Assembly (NCBI RefSeq): GCF_003367075.2
Contig: NZ_CP065936.1
Coordinates: 2,070,001 to 2,102,000, forward strand
From: Cylindrospermopsis raciborskii Cr2010
Lineage (GTDB): Bacteria; Cyanobacteriota; Cyanobacteriia; Cyanobacteriales; Nostocaceae
DNA length: 32,000 nucleotides
Direction: 5' to 3'
Below, in pieces: positions 1 to 9,670 of this stretch (positions are counted from its first letter, which is position 1; every line of letters begins with the position of its first letter). The notes beneath the pieces were generated by a model that searched no databases, was not told the DNA's origin, and was given only the letters and a program-made list of their open reading frames with translations. Both the position numbers and the translations under genes were made by a program.

Positions 1-1150
1 AGAAAGTCCTTTATTTCTAAACCTGGGTGATTTGTAGTGCCACCCCGGGCGACGCCTCGTAAAGGTTTTTGGCAACGGATTTTTTCTAGTGGAAAATATT
101 GCTGGATCCACTTTTGTATAGCAGGTAATTGTACTGTGCCACCCACCGTGCAAAACTGCGCTATCATCTATTTGCACACCTTGATGACGAGCCTGTTGTA
201 ATAAATTCAACATAGTCTCATCCAATCGGCAAAAAACTGATCTTGGAGAATAGTTTCATGTCTGACGAGATTCAACCTTAACTCATAACTGGCAAAATTT
301 TGATCGTCAAAGTAGACCTCTCCAGCTTGATTGTGGGTAGACAATTCAATTTTCAACCTCTCCGCCAATCTAGTAGTAATAGAATTAACTGGCAATCCCT
401 GAGTTGTCACAAAACAATCAACTATCCAATTATCAATATCTGTGCCAACGGTTTTGTCCTCTGATTTGGCCGCACCTTGGCTGTTTTTACCTTTTGTGAG
501 AGTCCAGCCAAAGATTTATTTCCCCATTTTTAATAAAAAAAACCTCACAGGTTTATTATCTACTGGGTCTTTTTATCCAGCTTCACCAAAGATAGATTCA
601 GAGTTCCCGCCAAAATCAATCACTAACAAATTTTCAGTCTTTACACTGTATGCTAAAGCAGCAGCGGTAGGCTCATCCAACATTCTAATTTAGTAACTGG
701 CAAGCTTGAAAACTTTGCCTAGCCAATAACGATAAACTTCAAAACTATCCACTGAACGGTTAATACCAAAGAGTCCAATCCGCCCTCAATAGATACAACT
801 CCCTATTATCCCCTGGAGTAGAAACCATAAAGCTTCCACCTTTTCAAAAGCAATAGTTTCCACTATTTCTGGGTAAGAAACCTGAATATCTGCTCCAACA
901 CCCCGTTTAAAAACTGGGTGAAAAAATCTACTATCACCCATGAGATCTAAAACCCGGATCTCGTATCTGCTGACCAATTAACACCTATCTTGATTTGCCG
1001 CTTCTATATAAACTAAACTGCATCAAAGGAGGATTCAAACCCTGTCGAGTAGATAACCCTGGCAAACTGGAGGGTTTCTGGTTGCTGGGTCACAGGGTTC
1101 CATCGGGTAATTACCGTATTACTCGTACCAAAATCAATTGCGGGTATATA
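1..1150 (-). pseudogene. Hsp70/DnaK-family ATPase, degraded by multiple frameshifts and in-frame stops; runs off the left edge
   Basis: Minus-strand translation gives Hsp70 hallmark peptides in different frames, separated by stops. These are 'YIPAIDFGTSNTVITRW' (about 1150-1100), 'RMLDEPTAAALAYSVKTENLLVIDFGGN' (about 689-603) and 'VGGTVQLPAIQKWIQQYFPLEKI' (about 146-70). The track ORFs at 207-410 and 786-977 are fragments of this gene. Confidence 0.7.
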
Positions 1151-1527
1151 CTGAGATTTTTTACTGAAACTGGGGAATTTAACTTCCGTTCCAGTAAGGA
1201 TTGTTATTATGGTCTGACAGTTTGCTATACAATAGCATAAATTGTCAGCTCACTGGGTCCGCAAATTGCCTCCAGGAATTTAACCCAAATGAGACCTGCC
1301 ATTTTACAACCGACATTCTTACACTTTCCGGCAATATTTCGTCGACCTATGAACCGGAGATATTCTGGGAGAACTCGGTTATGAGTTCCAACGGTCAACA
1401 TTATCTCCCCAGTCAGACATTAATCTTGACCGACTGACGACCAAAAACCCGATCCAAGAAAGCCTCCTATATTAGCCTCACCAGCGAAGCTGCTCGCCGT
1501 GAACTACCATTGCTCCTTTATTAATAG

Positions 1528-1975
1528 ATGTACTACATTATACTCATGCCCAACTTAGGTAGAATATTCCTAAATGTTAGTGAACACATAGTTGCCTTGA
1601 TTACTACTTATACTCCGGCAGGTAAACTCCTGATTGTTGAAGCAAAAAATGCAGATCTCACCAGAGGTTTTACTCAACTTGCAGTCGAGCTGATTGCCCT
1701 TGATATCTGAGTAATTAGCGAAGAACCCATTCTCCACAGCCGTTTCCACAGGTGACATCTGGCAGTTTGAATTCTGCATCGGGGTAGCGGGCAAATTCAA
1801 CAAGTATTAAATCTATATCGAGTACCAGATGAGCTGGAAAGCTTAATGCGTATTCTTATAAAAAAATCCTTCAGCCCTATGAATGGGAAAATGGAAACTT
1901 CAGCTATATCTTCCTCTGCTCAGGTATTCCCTTTAGTTTACCCGACCTCACACATCCTGATGAATTAATCAGGTT
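1528..1975 (+). pseudogene. Small PD-(D/E)XK-like protein (cyanobacterial '...VEAK...TGDxWxF...LYRVPDELE' family), frameshifted remnant
   Basis: 'LLIVEAKNADLTRGFTQLAVELIALD' ends in a stop at 1710. The homologous continuation 'VSTGDIWQFE...' and then 'LNLYRVPDELESLMRILIKK' appear in two other frames. The family assignment is from memory of the motif pattern only. Confidence 0.35.
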
Positions 1976-3450
1976 CGTACCAAGTAGTTGAAAATCACTA
2001 TTAGCAGTGTTTTAATTATTATTTGGGAGTGGCGATCGCTTGATCAGTTTTTCCTCAAGACGGGAAACGGAACAGCAGGCGGATTTTGGTGAGATTGGCC
2101 TGCCTGTTATTCCCAAATTTTGCGTGGCATACCACACTTTGCATTGGTGTTAATTTATCAGTAACGATTTTTCCTTTACTTCCACCCTCTGAGTAATCGT
2201 TACCATCACTGGGAGCAAGCAAAGGTGGCTAAGGTAACTGAATCTGTTGCTGGTGATAGATTAGAACACAACGCACCTCGTGTTAGTTATATAACTGAGG
2301 AACCCTATAGCTACACAACCTGGAGTCAGGGATAGAATTGTTAAGGTGACGGACAAGCAAAAAGTCACCTGGTATTTAAATTTGGCTGGCCCCAAATTCG
2401 CGACTATTGATCAAAGTAGACGTGCAAAATCGCAGTGCCATTTATATTACTGACTATACTGGTGAGTACAAAATAGAAGTCAATACCCTAAATAATAAAA
2501 ATCAGTTTATATTTGAAGCACCACCACCATACGGCTATTCTCTCTTATCTGGATATAAAGTGGAGAGAAGGGACAAGACTAGAACAGACCAGTCCAGAAG
2601 ATTATGGATTTCCTTGACTTAAATCCTGGAGAGCAAGCCACCATCAAAGGTTAATAAGCACAAGGGGGACCGTGTTGGGTATATAATGCCACTAATCAGT
2701 TACTCTCTGGTTTCCGCCCTACAGCTATACAGATTTGCTAATGCGGATTTTGCCAGTGGTATAGTTCCTCAGGAAATAAAAAGAGATGGAGGTAATAGTC
2801 AATTCACTTGGATTTTTAATGATAATGTTTCTGTCAAAATCCTTTCGGTGTTTACGGCTACTAAACCCATAGGTAAAACCGGAATTATAATTTCGCTTAT
2901 TATTATTAGAAGCACCAGGATTATTTTTGTGGTGTGATATTACTACCATACTTAACTGTACCCATGAGCTTACAAAAATCTGGAAGGATCGCTGGGGAGT
3001 GTTCTTTACCGCTTATTAACTTTGGGCCACATACGTCAAGGTTTATGAGTGGAGAAATGCCTGCTAATAATTTCACTGGTGTTAATAGGTTTAATTATGG
3101 GTTGGGTGGGAATCGTCAATTAGGATTAGCAGCAATTATTTGTACCATTGTTGAGCGGTTTTACCTGTATTTGCATTTTTAGTTCTTTACTGGTCTAACT
3201 CCTCAGTTTAGCAGGATTATTATCAGTGATCTGGTTAGGGACATATTGGTATGACTTGGTGTACAGAAAATTTAATAATCATACAAACAGACAGTTCTAA
3301 CTAAAACCAGCCACCTAGGCGCTTTTCCTAAGCACTTGGCTAAAAGCATGATTTCACCAGATTTCAGGATCAATTCTGAGATATTTAATGTATAGTGAGG
3401 ATTGATATAGTTAATGATAATGTTGGTTTAAGACAGCAAAGGAGTTAGTA

Positions 3451-4325
3451 ATGCTCACGTCGGAGGCAAAAAGCCGCTGACAATTTCCCCAAAGAATCCT
3501 TTTTAGACCCTGAGGTCTGAACTAAACCGTGTTGCTATTCTTGCAGTAGTAACTATGTTGGTACTTTCTAGCTGTGGTTACTGGGTATGGGAATGCCTCT
3601 ATTGGTTATGTTTTGGCATCAACACACCCTGTCCTACATTTCTCAGGCACGATTATTCATGATGCTTGTCATCAATCAGCCCATCGTAACCAACAGCTAA
3701 CGCCATATTGGGTCAAGTGCTAGCTTCCTGTGCCACTAGCCTTGCTTTCCCAGTTTTTACCAGATACACCTACAACACCATGGCAATGTCAATCATCCCA
3801 AAGATGACCCGGATCATTATGTTTCCACAGGTGGTCCACCGTGGTTAATCGCGGTGGAGATTTTGTACCATGAGGTGTTTTTCTTTCCAAAGGCAACTTT
3901 TTGGCGTAACATGAACTACTAGAATGGTTCCTTAGCTGATCATCTTTACTATTGTCTATATTTCATTCAATATCACTTTTAGGGCATATTCTCAACTTCT
4001 GGTTTGTCCCAGCTTTTGTAGTAGGCATAACACTGGGATTCTTTTGATTTACTTACCACATCGTCCATTTGTAGAGCGCGATCGGTGAAGAATGCTCGTG
4101 TATCCTGGCAAATCCTTTAATATGCTAATTTTAGGGCAGAATGTCATCTATTCATCATTTGTGCCTTCCACTATTTGGTACAATTATCAACCTGCCTACT
4201 ACCTGATGAAGCCCATTTAGATTGAGAAAGGTAGCCCCCAAACTTCCGGTTTATTACAAAAAGGATTTTTGAATTTCTATGATATTTCACTGGTCTTCAT
4301 TTTCATCACCATGAATAATAACTGA
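3451..4325 (+). pseudogene. Fatty acid desaturase-family (membrane di-iron, three His boxes) pseudogene
   Basis: An AAGGAG sits 7 nt upstream of the ATG at 3451, but a stop follows after 9 codons. His box 1 'HDACHQSAH' is at 3658-3684. His box 2 'LQHHGNVNHPKDDPDHY' is at about 3770-3826. His box 3 'IHHL' at 4150-4161 and the following 'WYNYQPAYYLMKP' at 4176-4217 lie in different frames. Several in-frame stops are present. Confidence 0.55.
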
Positions 4326-4527
4326 GAAATTTAATTGTTGAGGTTGTGGAAGTAGTACATTTTACGGTTAAGCACATCTAGTCTGAATTTTTCCGTTTAT
4401 TCTCTTCCTAATTCATAGATGCTAGCACCTACAGTAGTGAGTATACCAGCATTAATTCCCAACTAGAACCTAAACTAATTTGTGACCCCAGTAGGATAAT
4501 GCACCAAATACCAAGAAAGGTAAATGC

Positions 4528-4758
4528 TCATAATTGAAGCATAAAAAGCATTTGAGACTCTCTAGCTGTGCGGGTTTTTTCAAATTCCGTCTCGCTAGTA
4601 TATAGAAACCGCTCGGCAAAATTAAACCAGCGATTTAATTGTGTGATTATCCATTCTCTAATGGATGCTAAAGCCAAATACAAAGCTAAAGACCATAAAC
4701 AAGAACCAGCGATGGCTACTTTATCTATCGTGAATTGAAAAGGTAATATATCAAGCAT
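4528..4758 (-). CDS. Hypothetical small membrane protein, possibly itself a remnant
   Basis: This is a 76-aa ORF with one hydrophobic stretch ('VAIAGSCLWSLALYLALASI'). After its stop the same frame continues with more hydrophobic sequence ('AFTFLGIWCIILLGSQ...'), which suggests an interrupted larger gene. I recognise no family. Confidence 0.2.
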   Translation of the reverse strand: MLDILPFQFTIDKVAIAGSCLWSLALYLALASIREWIITQLNRWFNFAERFLYTSETEFEKTRTARESQMLFMLQL

Positions 4759-4843
4759 ACTAAAGATATTAAGTGATAAACTCCCATTTTACTTGAATTT
4801 GTCCTCAAATCCATATTTTATACTTAGAACTGATTATGTCATT

Positions 4844-6397
4844 ATGCCTAAACAATTTAACACTGCTGGCCCCTGCAAAGCCAACATTCACTATATGCTC
4901 TCTCCCACAGGGCGACTACCTCAGTTGAAAGCATTAATTGATGGAGAAAATTACTTTATCATTCATGCACCGCGACAAGTAGGCAAAACCACTGCTATGA
5001 TGGCCTTAGCTCAAGAATTAACTGACAGTAGGCAATACCTAGCTGTGATGTTAACCGTAGAAACCGGTGCGCCATTTCCAGATGCACCAGAACAAGCGCA
5101 ACAAAGTATCCTCAGACGTTGGCAGAATGAAATTCGGTTCCGAAAATTACCCTTGCCCACTTTAACCCAAATTCAAAGGGAGACCGAGACTTCTCCCCTA
5201 GATATTCAAACAGTCCTGCAAGGGTGGGCCATGGCTTCCCCCCTACCCTTAGTGGTCTTTCTGGATGAAATTGATTCTTTAGAGGATCAAACCCTCATAT
5301 CCATCCTTAGACAGTTGCGAGCGGGTTATCCCAATCGTCCCCAGGGTTTCCCCCATTCGGTGGGCTTAATTGGGATGCGGGACGTGCGGGACTACAAGGT
5401 TAAATCTGGTGGAAGTGAACGACTCAATACGTCTAGTCCGTTTAATATCAAGGCTGAATCCCTAACTTTAAGTAATTTTACTTTTACAGATGTCCAAAAT
5501 TTATATGAACAACATACAACAGCTACGGGACAGGTGTTTACCCCGGAAGCAGTTCAACAGGCATATTATTTAACCGATGGACAACCATGGTTAGTTAACG
5601 CCCTAGCTCGTCAAGCTACCCAGGTGTTAGTCCAGGATATGAATGAACCCATTACTGCTGAGGTGATTAACCAAGCCAAAGAAATGCTCATTCAGCGTCA
5701 GGATACCCATTTGGATAGTTTAGCAGAAAGATTACGGGAAGCGCGGGTCAAAACTATTATTGAACCAATTTTAGCAGGTGAGGACTTACCCGACGTACCA
5801 CCGGATGATATTCGTTACGTGCTGGATTTAGGTCTGTGTCGAGATCAAGGACAAGGACTGGAAATTGCCAATCCAATTTATAAAGAAGTTCTACCTTTAG
5901 TACTAAGTTATACAACTAGGGTTTCTATTGGAGCAATTGAACCTCTGTGGCTAAATGAACAAGGGGAATTATTACCCAATAAATTATTACATGCTTTTCT
6001 GGAGTTTTGGCGACAACACGGAGAACCATTGCTCAAGAGTGCGCCCTACCATGAGATTGCCCCCCATTTAGTTTTGATGGCATTTTTACACCGGGTGGTA
6101 AATGGTGGTGGTACGTTAGAACGGGAATATGCCATTGGTTCTGGGAGAATGGATATTTGTTTACGATATGGCAAGGTAGTGATGGGTATGGAACTCAAGG
6201 TGTGGCGTGAAAGAAAGTCAGATCCGTTAATCAAGGGTTTGACCCAACTGGATAAATACCTGGATGGGTTAGGATTAGATACAGGTTGGTTAGTGATTTT
6301 CGATCGCCGTCCCGGTTTACCACCCATGGGAGAGAGGATTAGTACGGAGGAGATTATTAGTCCTAATGGGCGCACCATTACCCTCATTCGTAGTTAG
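4844..6397 (+). CDS. P-loop NTPase / PD-(D/E)XK nuclease fusion protein, array copy 1 (modules K-A-X)
   Basis: The long ORF carries Walker A 'HAPRQVGKTT', Walker B 'LVVFLDEIDS' and a C-terminal 'EREYAIGSGRMDICLRYGKVVMGMELKVW' (D...E-x-K). The start is set at ATG 4844 ('MPKQFNTAGPC'), by homology with the other copies, rather than the track's TTG at 4793. Confidence 0.8.
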   Translation: MPKQFNTAGPCKANIHYMLSPTGRLPQLKALIDGENYFIIHAPRQVGKTTAMMALAQELTDSRQYLAVMLTVETGAPFPDAPEQAQQSILRRWQNEIRFRKLPLPTLTQIQRETETSPLDIQTVLQGWAMASPLPLVVFLDEIDSLEDQTLISILRQLRAGYPNRPQGFPHSVGLIGMRDVRDYKVKSGGSERLNTSSPFNIKAESLTLSNFTFTDVQNLYEQHTTATGQVFTPEAVQQAYYLTDGQPWLVNALARQATQVLVQDMNEPITAEVINQAKEMLIQRQDTHLDSLAERLREARVKTIIEPILAGEDLPDVPPDDIRYVLDLGLCRDQGQGLEIANPIYKEVLPLVLSYTTRVSIGAIEPLWLNEQGELLPNKLLHAFLEFWRQHGEPLLKSAPYHEIAPHLVLMAFLHRVVNGGGTLEREYAIGSGRMDICLRYGKVVMGMELKVWRERKSDPLIKGLTQLDKYLDGLGLDTGWLVIFDRRPGLPPMGERISTEEIISPNGRTITLIRS

Positions 6398-6455
6398 ATT
6401 CCCATAAATTTGAACCACATCTGAATCACAGTAGTACCTTAACTTATTGTCAATT

Positions 6456-8012
6456 ATGCCTAAACACTTTAATACTGCTGGACCTTGTCAATCTGATATC
6501 CACTATATGCTCTCTCCCACAGGGCGACTACCTCAGTTGAAAGCATTAATTGATGGACGCAATTACTTTATCATTCATGCACCACGACAAGTGGGCAAAA
6601 CCACTGCTATGATGGCCCTAGCTCAAGAATTAACTGACAGTGGGCAATACCTAGCTGTGATGTTAACCGTAGAAACCGGTGCGCCATTTCCAGATGCACC
6701 AGAACAAGCGCAACAAAGTATCCTCAGACGTTGGCAGAATGAAATTCGGTTCCGAAAATTACCCTTGCCCACTTTAACCCAAATTCAAAGGGAGACCGAG
6801 ACTTCTCCCCTAGATATTCAAACAGTCCTGCAAGGGTGGGCCATGGCTTCCCCCCTACCCTTAGTGGTCTTTCTGGATGAAATTGATTCTTTAGAGGATC
6901 AAACCCTCATATCCATCCTTAGACAGTTGCGAGCGGGTTATCCCAATCGTCCCCAGGGTTTCCCCCATTCGGTGGGCTTAATTGGCATGCGGGACGTGCG
7001 GGACTACAAGGTTAAATCTGGTGGGAGTGAACGACTTAATACATCTAGTCCGTTCAATATCAAGGCTGAATCCCTAACTTTAAGTAATTTTAGTTTTACA
7101 GATGTGCAAAATTTATACGAACAACATACAACAGCTACAGGGCAAGTATTTACCCTGGGAGCAGTTCAACAGGCATATTATTTAACCGATGGACAACCAT
7201 GGTTAGTTAACGCCCTAGCTCGTCAAGCTACCCAGGTGTTAGTAAAGGATGTGAAGCAACCCATTACTGCTGAGGTGATTAACCAAGCCAAGGAAATCCT
7301 CATCCAGCGTCAGGATACCCATTTAGATAGTTTGGCGGAAAGATTACGGGAAGAGCGGGTTAGGGATATTATTCAACCCATGTTAGCTGGTGAAGACTTA
7401 GCTGATACAGCAGAAGATAATTTACGATATGTCCTAGACTTGGGTTTATGTCGTCGCGATCGCGGGGGTGCATTAGAAATTGCTAACCCCATTTATCGGG
7501 AGATTTTACCTAAGACCTTAGCTGCAGTGGCGATCGCATCTCTAACTTCTGTGGAACCCAACTGGTTAAACTCTGATGGTACTCTCAATCCTCAAATTCT
7601 ATTAAACTCTTTCTTGGAATTTTGGCGACAACATGGGGAACCATTACTCAAAAGTGCGCCCTATCATGAAATTGCTCCCCATTTGGTGTTAATGGCATTT
7701 TTACACCGAGTGGTAAATGGTGGTGGTACGTTAGAGCGGGAATATGCCATTGGTTCTGGGAGAATGGATATTTGTTTACGCTATGGCAAGGTGGTGATGG
7801 GTATGGAACTCAAGGTGTGGCGTGAAAGAAAGTCAGATCCGTTAATCAAGGGTTTAACCCAACTGGATAAATATCTGGATGGGTTAGGATTAGATACGGG
7901 TTGGTTAGTGATTTTCGATCGCCGTCCCGGGTTACCCCCCATGGGAGAGAGGATTAGTACGGAGGAGGTTATTAGTCCTAGTGGGCGCACCATTACCCTG
8001 ATTCGTAGTTAG
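6456..8012 (+). CDS. P-loop NTPase / PD-(D/E)XK nuclease fusion protein, array copy 2 (modules Q-A-Y)
   Basis: Same motifs as copy 1. The start is set at ATG 6456 ('MPKHFNTAGPC'); the track starts at TTG 6447. The V2 cassette is form Y ('RDIIQPMLAGEDLADTAEDNLRYVLDLGLCRRDRGG...'). Confidence 0.8.
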   Translation: MPKHFNTAGPCQSDIHYMLSPTGRLPQLKALIDGRNYFIIHAPRQVGKTTAMMALAQELTDSGQYLAVMLTVETGAPFPDAPEQAQQSILRRWQNEIRFRKLPLPTLTQIQRETETSPLDIQTVLQGWAMASPLPLVVFLDEIDSLEDQTLISILRQLRAGYPNRPQGFPHSVGLIGMRDVRDYKVKSGGSERLNTSSPFNIKAESLTLSNFSFTDVQNLYEQHTTATGQVFTLGAVQQAYYLTDGQPWLVNALARQATQVLVKDVKQPITAEVINQAKEILIQRQDTHLDSLAERLREERVRDIIQPMLAGEDLADTAEDNLRYVLDLGLCRRDRGGALEIANPIYREILPKTLAAVAIASLTSVEPNWLNSDGTLNPQILLNSFLEFWRQHGEPLLKSAPYHEIAPHLVLMAFLHRVVNGGGTLEREYAIGSGRMDICLRYGKVVMGMELKVWRERKSDPLIKGLTQLDKYLDGLGLDTGWLVIFDRRPGLPPMGERISTEEVISPSGRTITLIRS

Positions 8013-8053
8013 ATTCCGATAAATTTGAATCACACCTTAAATTATTGCCGATT

Positions 8054-9607
8054 ATGTTTAAACACTTTAATACTGCTGGACCTTGCCAATCTGATATCCA
8101 CTATATGCTCTCTCCCACAGGGCGACTACCTCAGTTGAAAGCATTAATTGATGGACGCAATTACTTTATCATTCATGCACCGCGACAAGTGGGTAAAACC
8201 ACTGCCATGATGGCCCTAGCTCAAGAATTAACTGACAGTGGACAATACCTAGCTGTGATGTTAACCCTAGAAACCGGTGCGCCATTTCCAGATGCACCAG
8301 AACAAGCGCAACAAAGTATCCTGAGACGTTGGCAGAATGAAATTCGGTTTCGAAAATTACCTTTGCCTAATTTAACACAAATTGAAACAGAGACTGAGAC
8401 CTCTCCCTTAGATATTCAAACAGTTCTGCAAGCTTGGGCCATGGCTTCCCCTCTACCTTTAGTTGTGTTTTTGGATGAAATTGATTCTTTGGAAGATCAA
8501 ACTCTCATATCCATTCTCAGACAATTACGAGCGGGTTATCCCAATCGTCCCCAGGGTTTTCCCCATTCGGTGGGCTTAATTGGCATGCGGGATGTGCGGG
8601 ACTACAAGGTTAAATCTGGTGGAAGTGAACGACTCAATACGTCTAGTCCGTTTAATATCAAGGCTGAATCCCTAACTTTGAGTAATTTTAGTTTTACAGA
8701 TATTCAAAATTTATATGAACAACATACAACAGCTACGGGACAGGTGTTTACCCTGGGAGCAGTTCAACAGGCATATTATTTAACTGATGGACAACCATGG
8801 TTAGTTAACGCCCTAGCTCGTCAAGCTACCCAGGTATTAGTCCAGGATGTGAATCAACCCATTACTGCTGAAGTGATTAACCAAGCCAAAGAAATCCTCA
8901 TCCAGCGTCAGGATACCCATTTGGATAGTTTAGCAGAAAGATTACGGGAAGAGCGGGTCAAAGCTATTATTGAACCAATTTTAGCAGGTGAAGACTTACC
9001 CGACATACCACCAGATGATATTCGTTATGTGCTGGATTTAGGACTGTGTCGAGATCAAGGACAAGGCTTGGAAATTGCCAATCCAATTTATAAGGAAGTT
9101 CTACCTCTAGTGCTAAGTTACACAACTAGGGTTTCTATTGGAGCAATTGAACCTCTGTGGCTAAATGAACAAGGGGAACTATTACCTGATAAATTATTAC
9201 ATGCTTTTCTGGAGTTTTGGCGACAACACGGGGAACCATTACTCAAAAGTGCGCCCTACCATGAGATTGCTCCCCATTTGGTGTTGATGGCATTTTTACA
9301 TCGGGTAGTTAATGGTGGTGGTACTTTAGAGCGGGAATATGCCATTGGTTCTGGAAGAATGGATATTTGTTTACGCTATGGCAAGGTGGTAATGGGTATG
9401 GAACTCAAGGTGTGGCGTGAAAGAAAGTCAGATCCGTTAATCAAGGGTTTGACCCAACTGGATAAATACCTGGATGGGTTAGGATTAGATACGGGTTGGT
9501 TAGTGATTTTCGATCGCCGTCCCGGTTTACCACCTATGGGAGAGAGGATTAGTACGGAGGAGGTTATTAGTCCCACTGGGCGCACTATTACCCTAATTCG
9601 TAGTTAG
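8054..9607 (+). CDS. P-loop NTPase / PD-(D/E)XK nuclease fusion protein, array copy 3 (modules Q-A'-X)
   Basis: Same motifs. The start is set at ATG 8054 ('MFKHFNTAGPC'). Its V1 form A differs from the other A copies mostly at synonymous sites. Confidence 0.8.
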   Translation: MFKHFNTAGPCQSDIHYMLSPTGRLPQLKALIDGRNYFIIHAPRQVGKTTAMMALAQELTDSGQYLAVMLTLETGAPFPDAPEQAQQSILRRWQNEIRFRKLPLPNLTQIETETETSPLDIQTVLQAWAMASPLPLVVFLDEIDSLEDQTLISILRQLRAGYPNRPQGFPHSVGLIGMRDVRDYKVKSGGSERLNTSSPFNIKAESLTLSNFSFTDIQNLYEQHTTATGQVFTLGAVQQAYYLTDGQPWLVNALARQATQVLVQDVNQPITAEVINQAKEILIQRQDTHLDSLAERLREERVKAIIEPILAGEDLPDIPPDDIRYVLDLGLCRDQGQGLEIANPIYKEVLPLVLSYTTRVSIGAIEPLWLNEQGELLPDKLLHAFLEFWRQHGEPLLKSAPYHEIAPHLVLMAFLHRVVNGGGTLEREYAIGSGRMDICLRYGKVVMGMELKVWRERKSDPLIKGLTQLDKYLDGLGLDTGWLVIFDRRPGLPPMGERISTEEVISPTGRTITLIRS

Positions 9608-9670
9608 AAAAATGCGATCGCTAAGTAAAACGTAAATTATTATTTTGCTACTTATAAATTATACCTTACT

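Noticed and set aside
1028-1050. A tRNA T-loop-like 'GGGTTTGAATCC' on the minus strand.
   Set aside because: The flanking bases do not form a T-stem or acceptor stem. The motif lies inside the Hsp70 pseudogene reading frame ('STGFESS').
442-1437. Plus-strand ORFs at 442-693, 995-1240 and 1201-1437.
   Set aside because: The first two lie antisense to clearly recognisable Hsp70 pseudogene segments. The third has no recognisable features. All are short and use non-ATG starts.
2407-3182. ORFs at 2407-2622, 2686-2937, 2725-2949 (minus strand) and 2934-3182.
   Set aside because: They are short, mutually overlapping and low-complexity (Ile/Asn-rich), with mostly non-ATG starts and no family resemblance. 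The region looks like decayed sequence. I could not identify the ancestral gene or genes.
4793-4843. The N-terminal extension of copy 1 in the ORF track (TTG start, 'MNLSSNPYFILRTDYVI'), and the similar 3-codon extensions at 6447, 8045, 14499 and 16102.
   Set aside because: All copies align from the ATG that opens 'M[PAF]K[QH]FNTAGPC'. The extensions fall in non-conserved spacer sequence and rely on TTG starts.
6046-6387. Recurrent antisense ORFs inside every array unit: 6046-6387, 7781-7993, 9376-9585, 10981-11202, 12481-12822, 14218-14439, 15821-16042 and 17415-17636. The set at 9790-10077, 14627-14914 and 16230-16517 belongs here too.
   Set aside because: They are conserved only because the sense-strand gene is repeated. 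They are low-complexity, Ser/Pro/Arg-rich mirror translations, lie wholly inside a strongly supported gene, and have no independent start or RBS signal.
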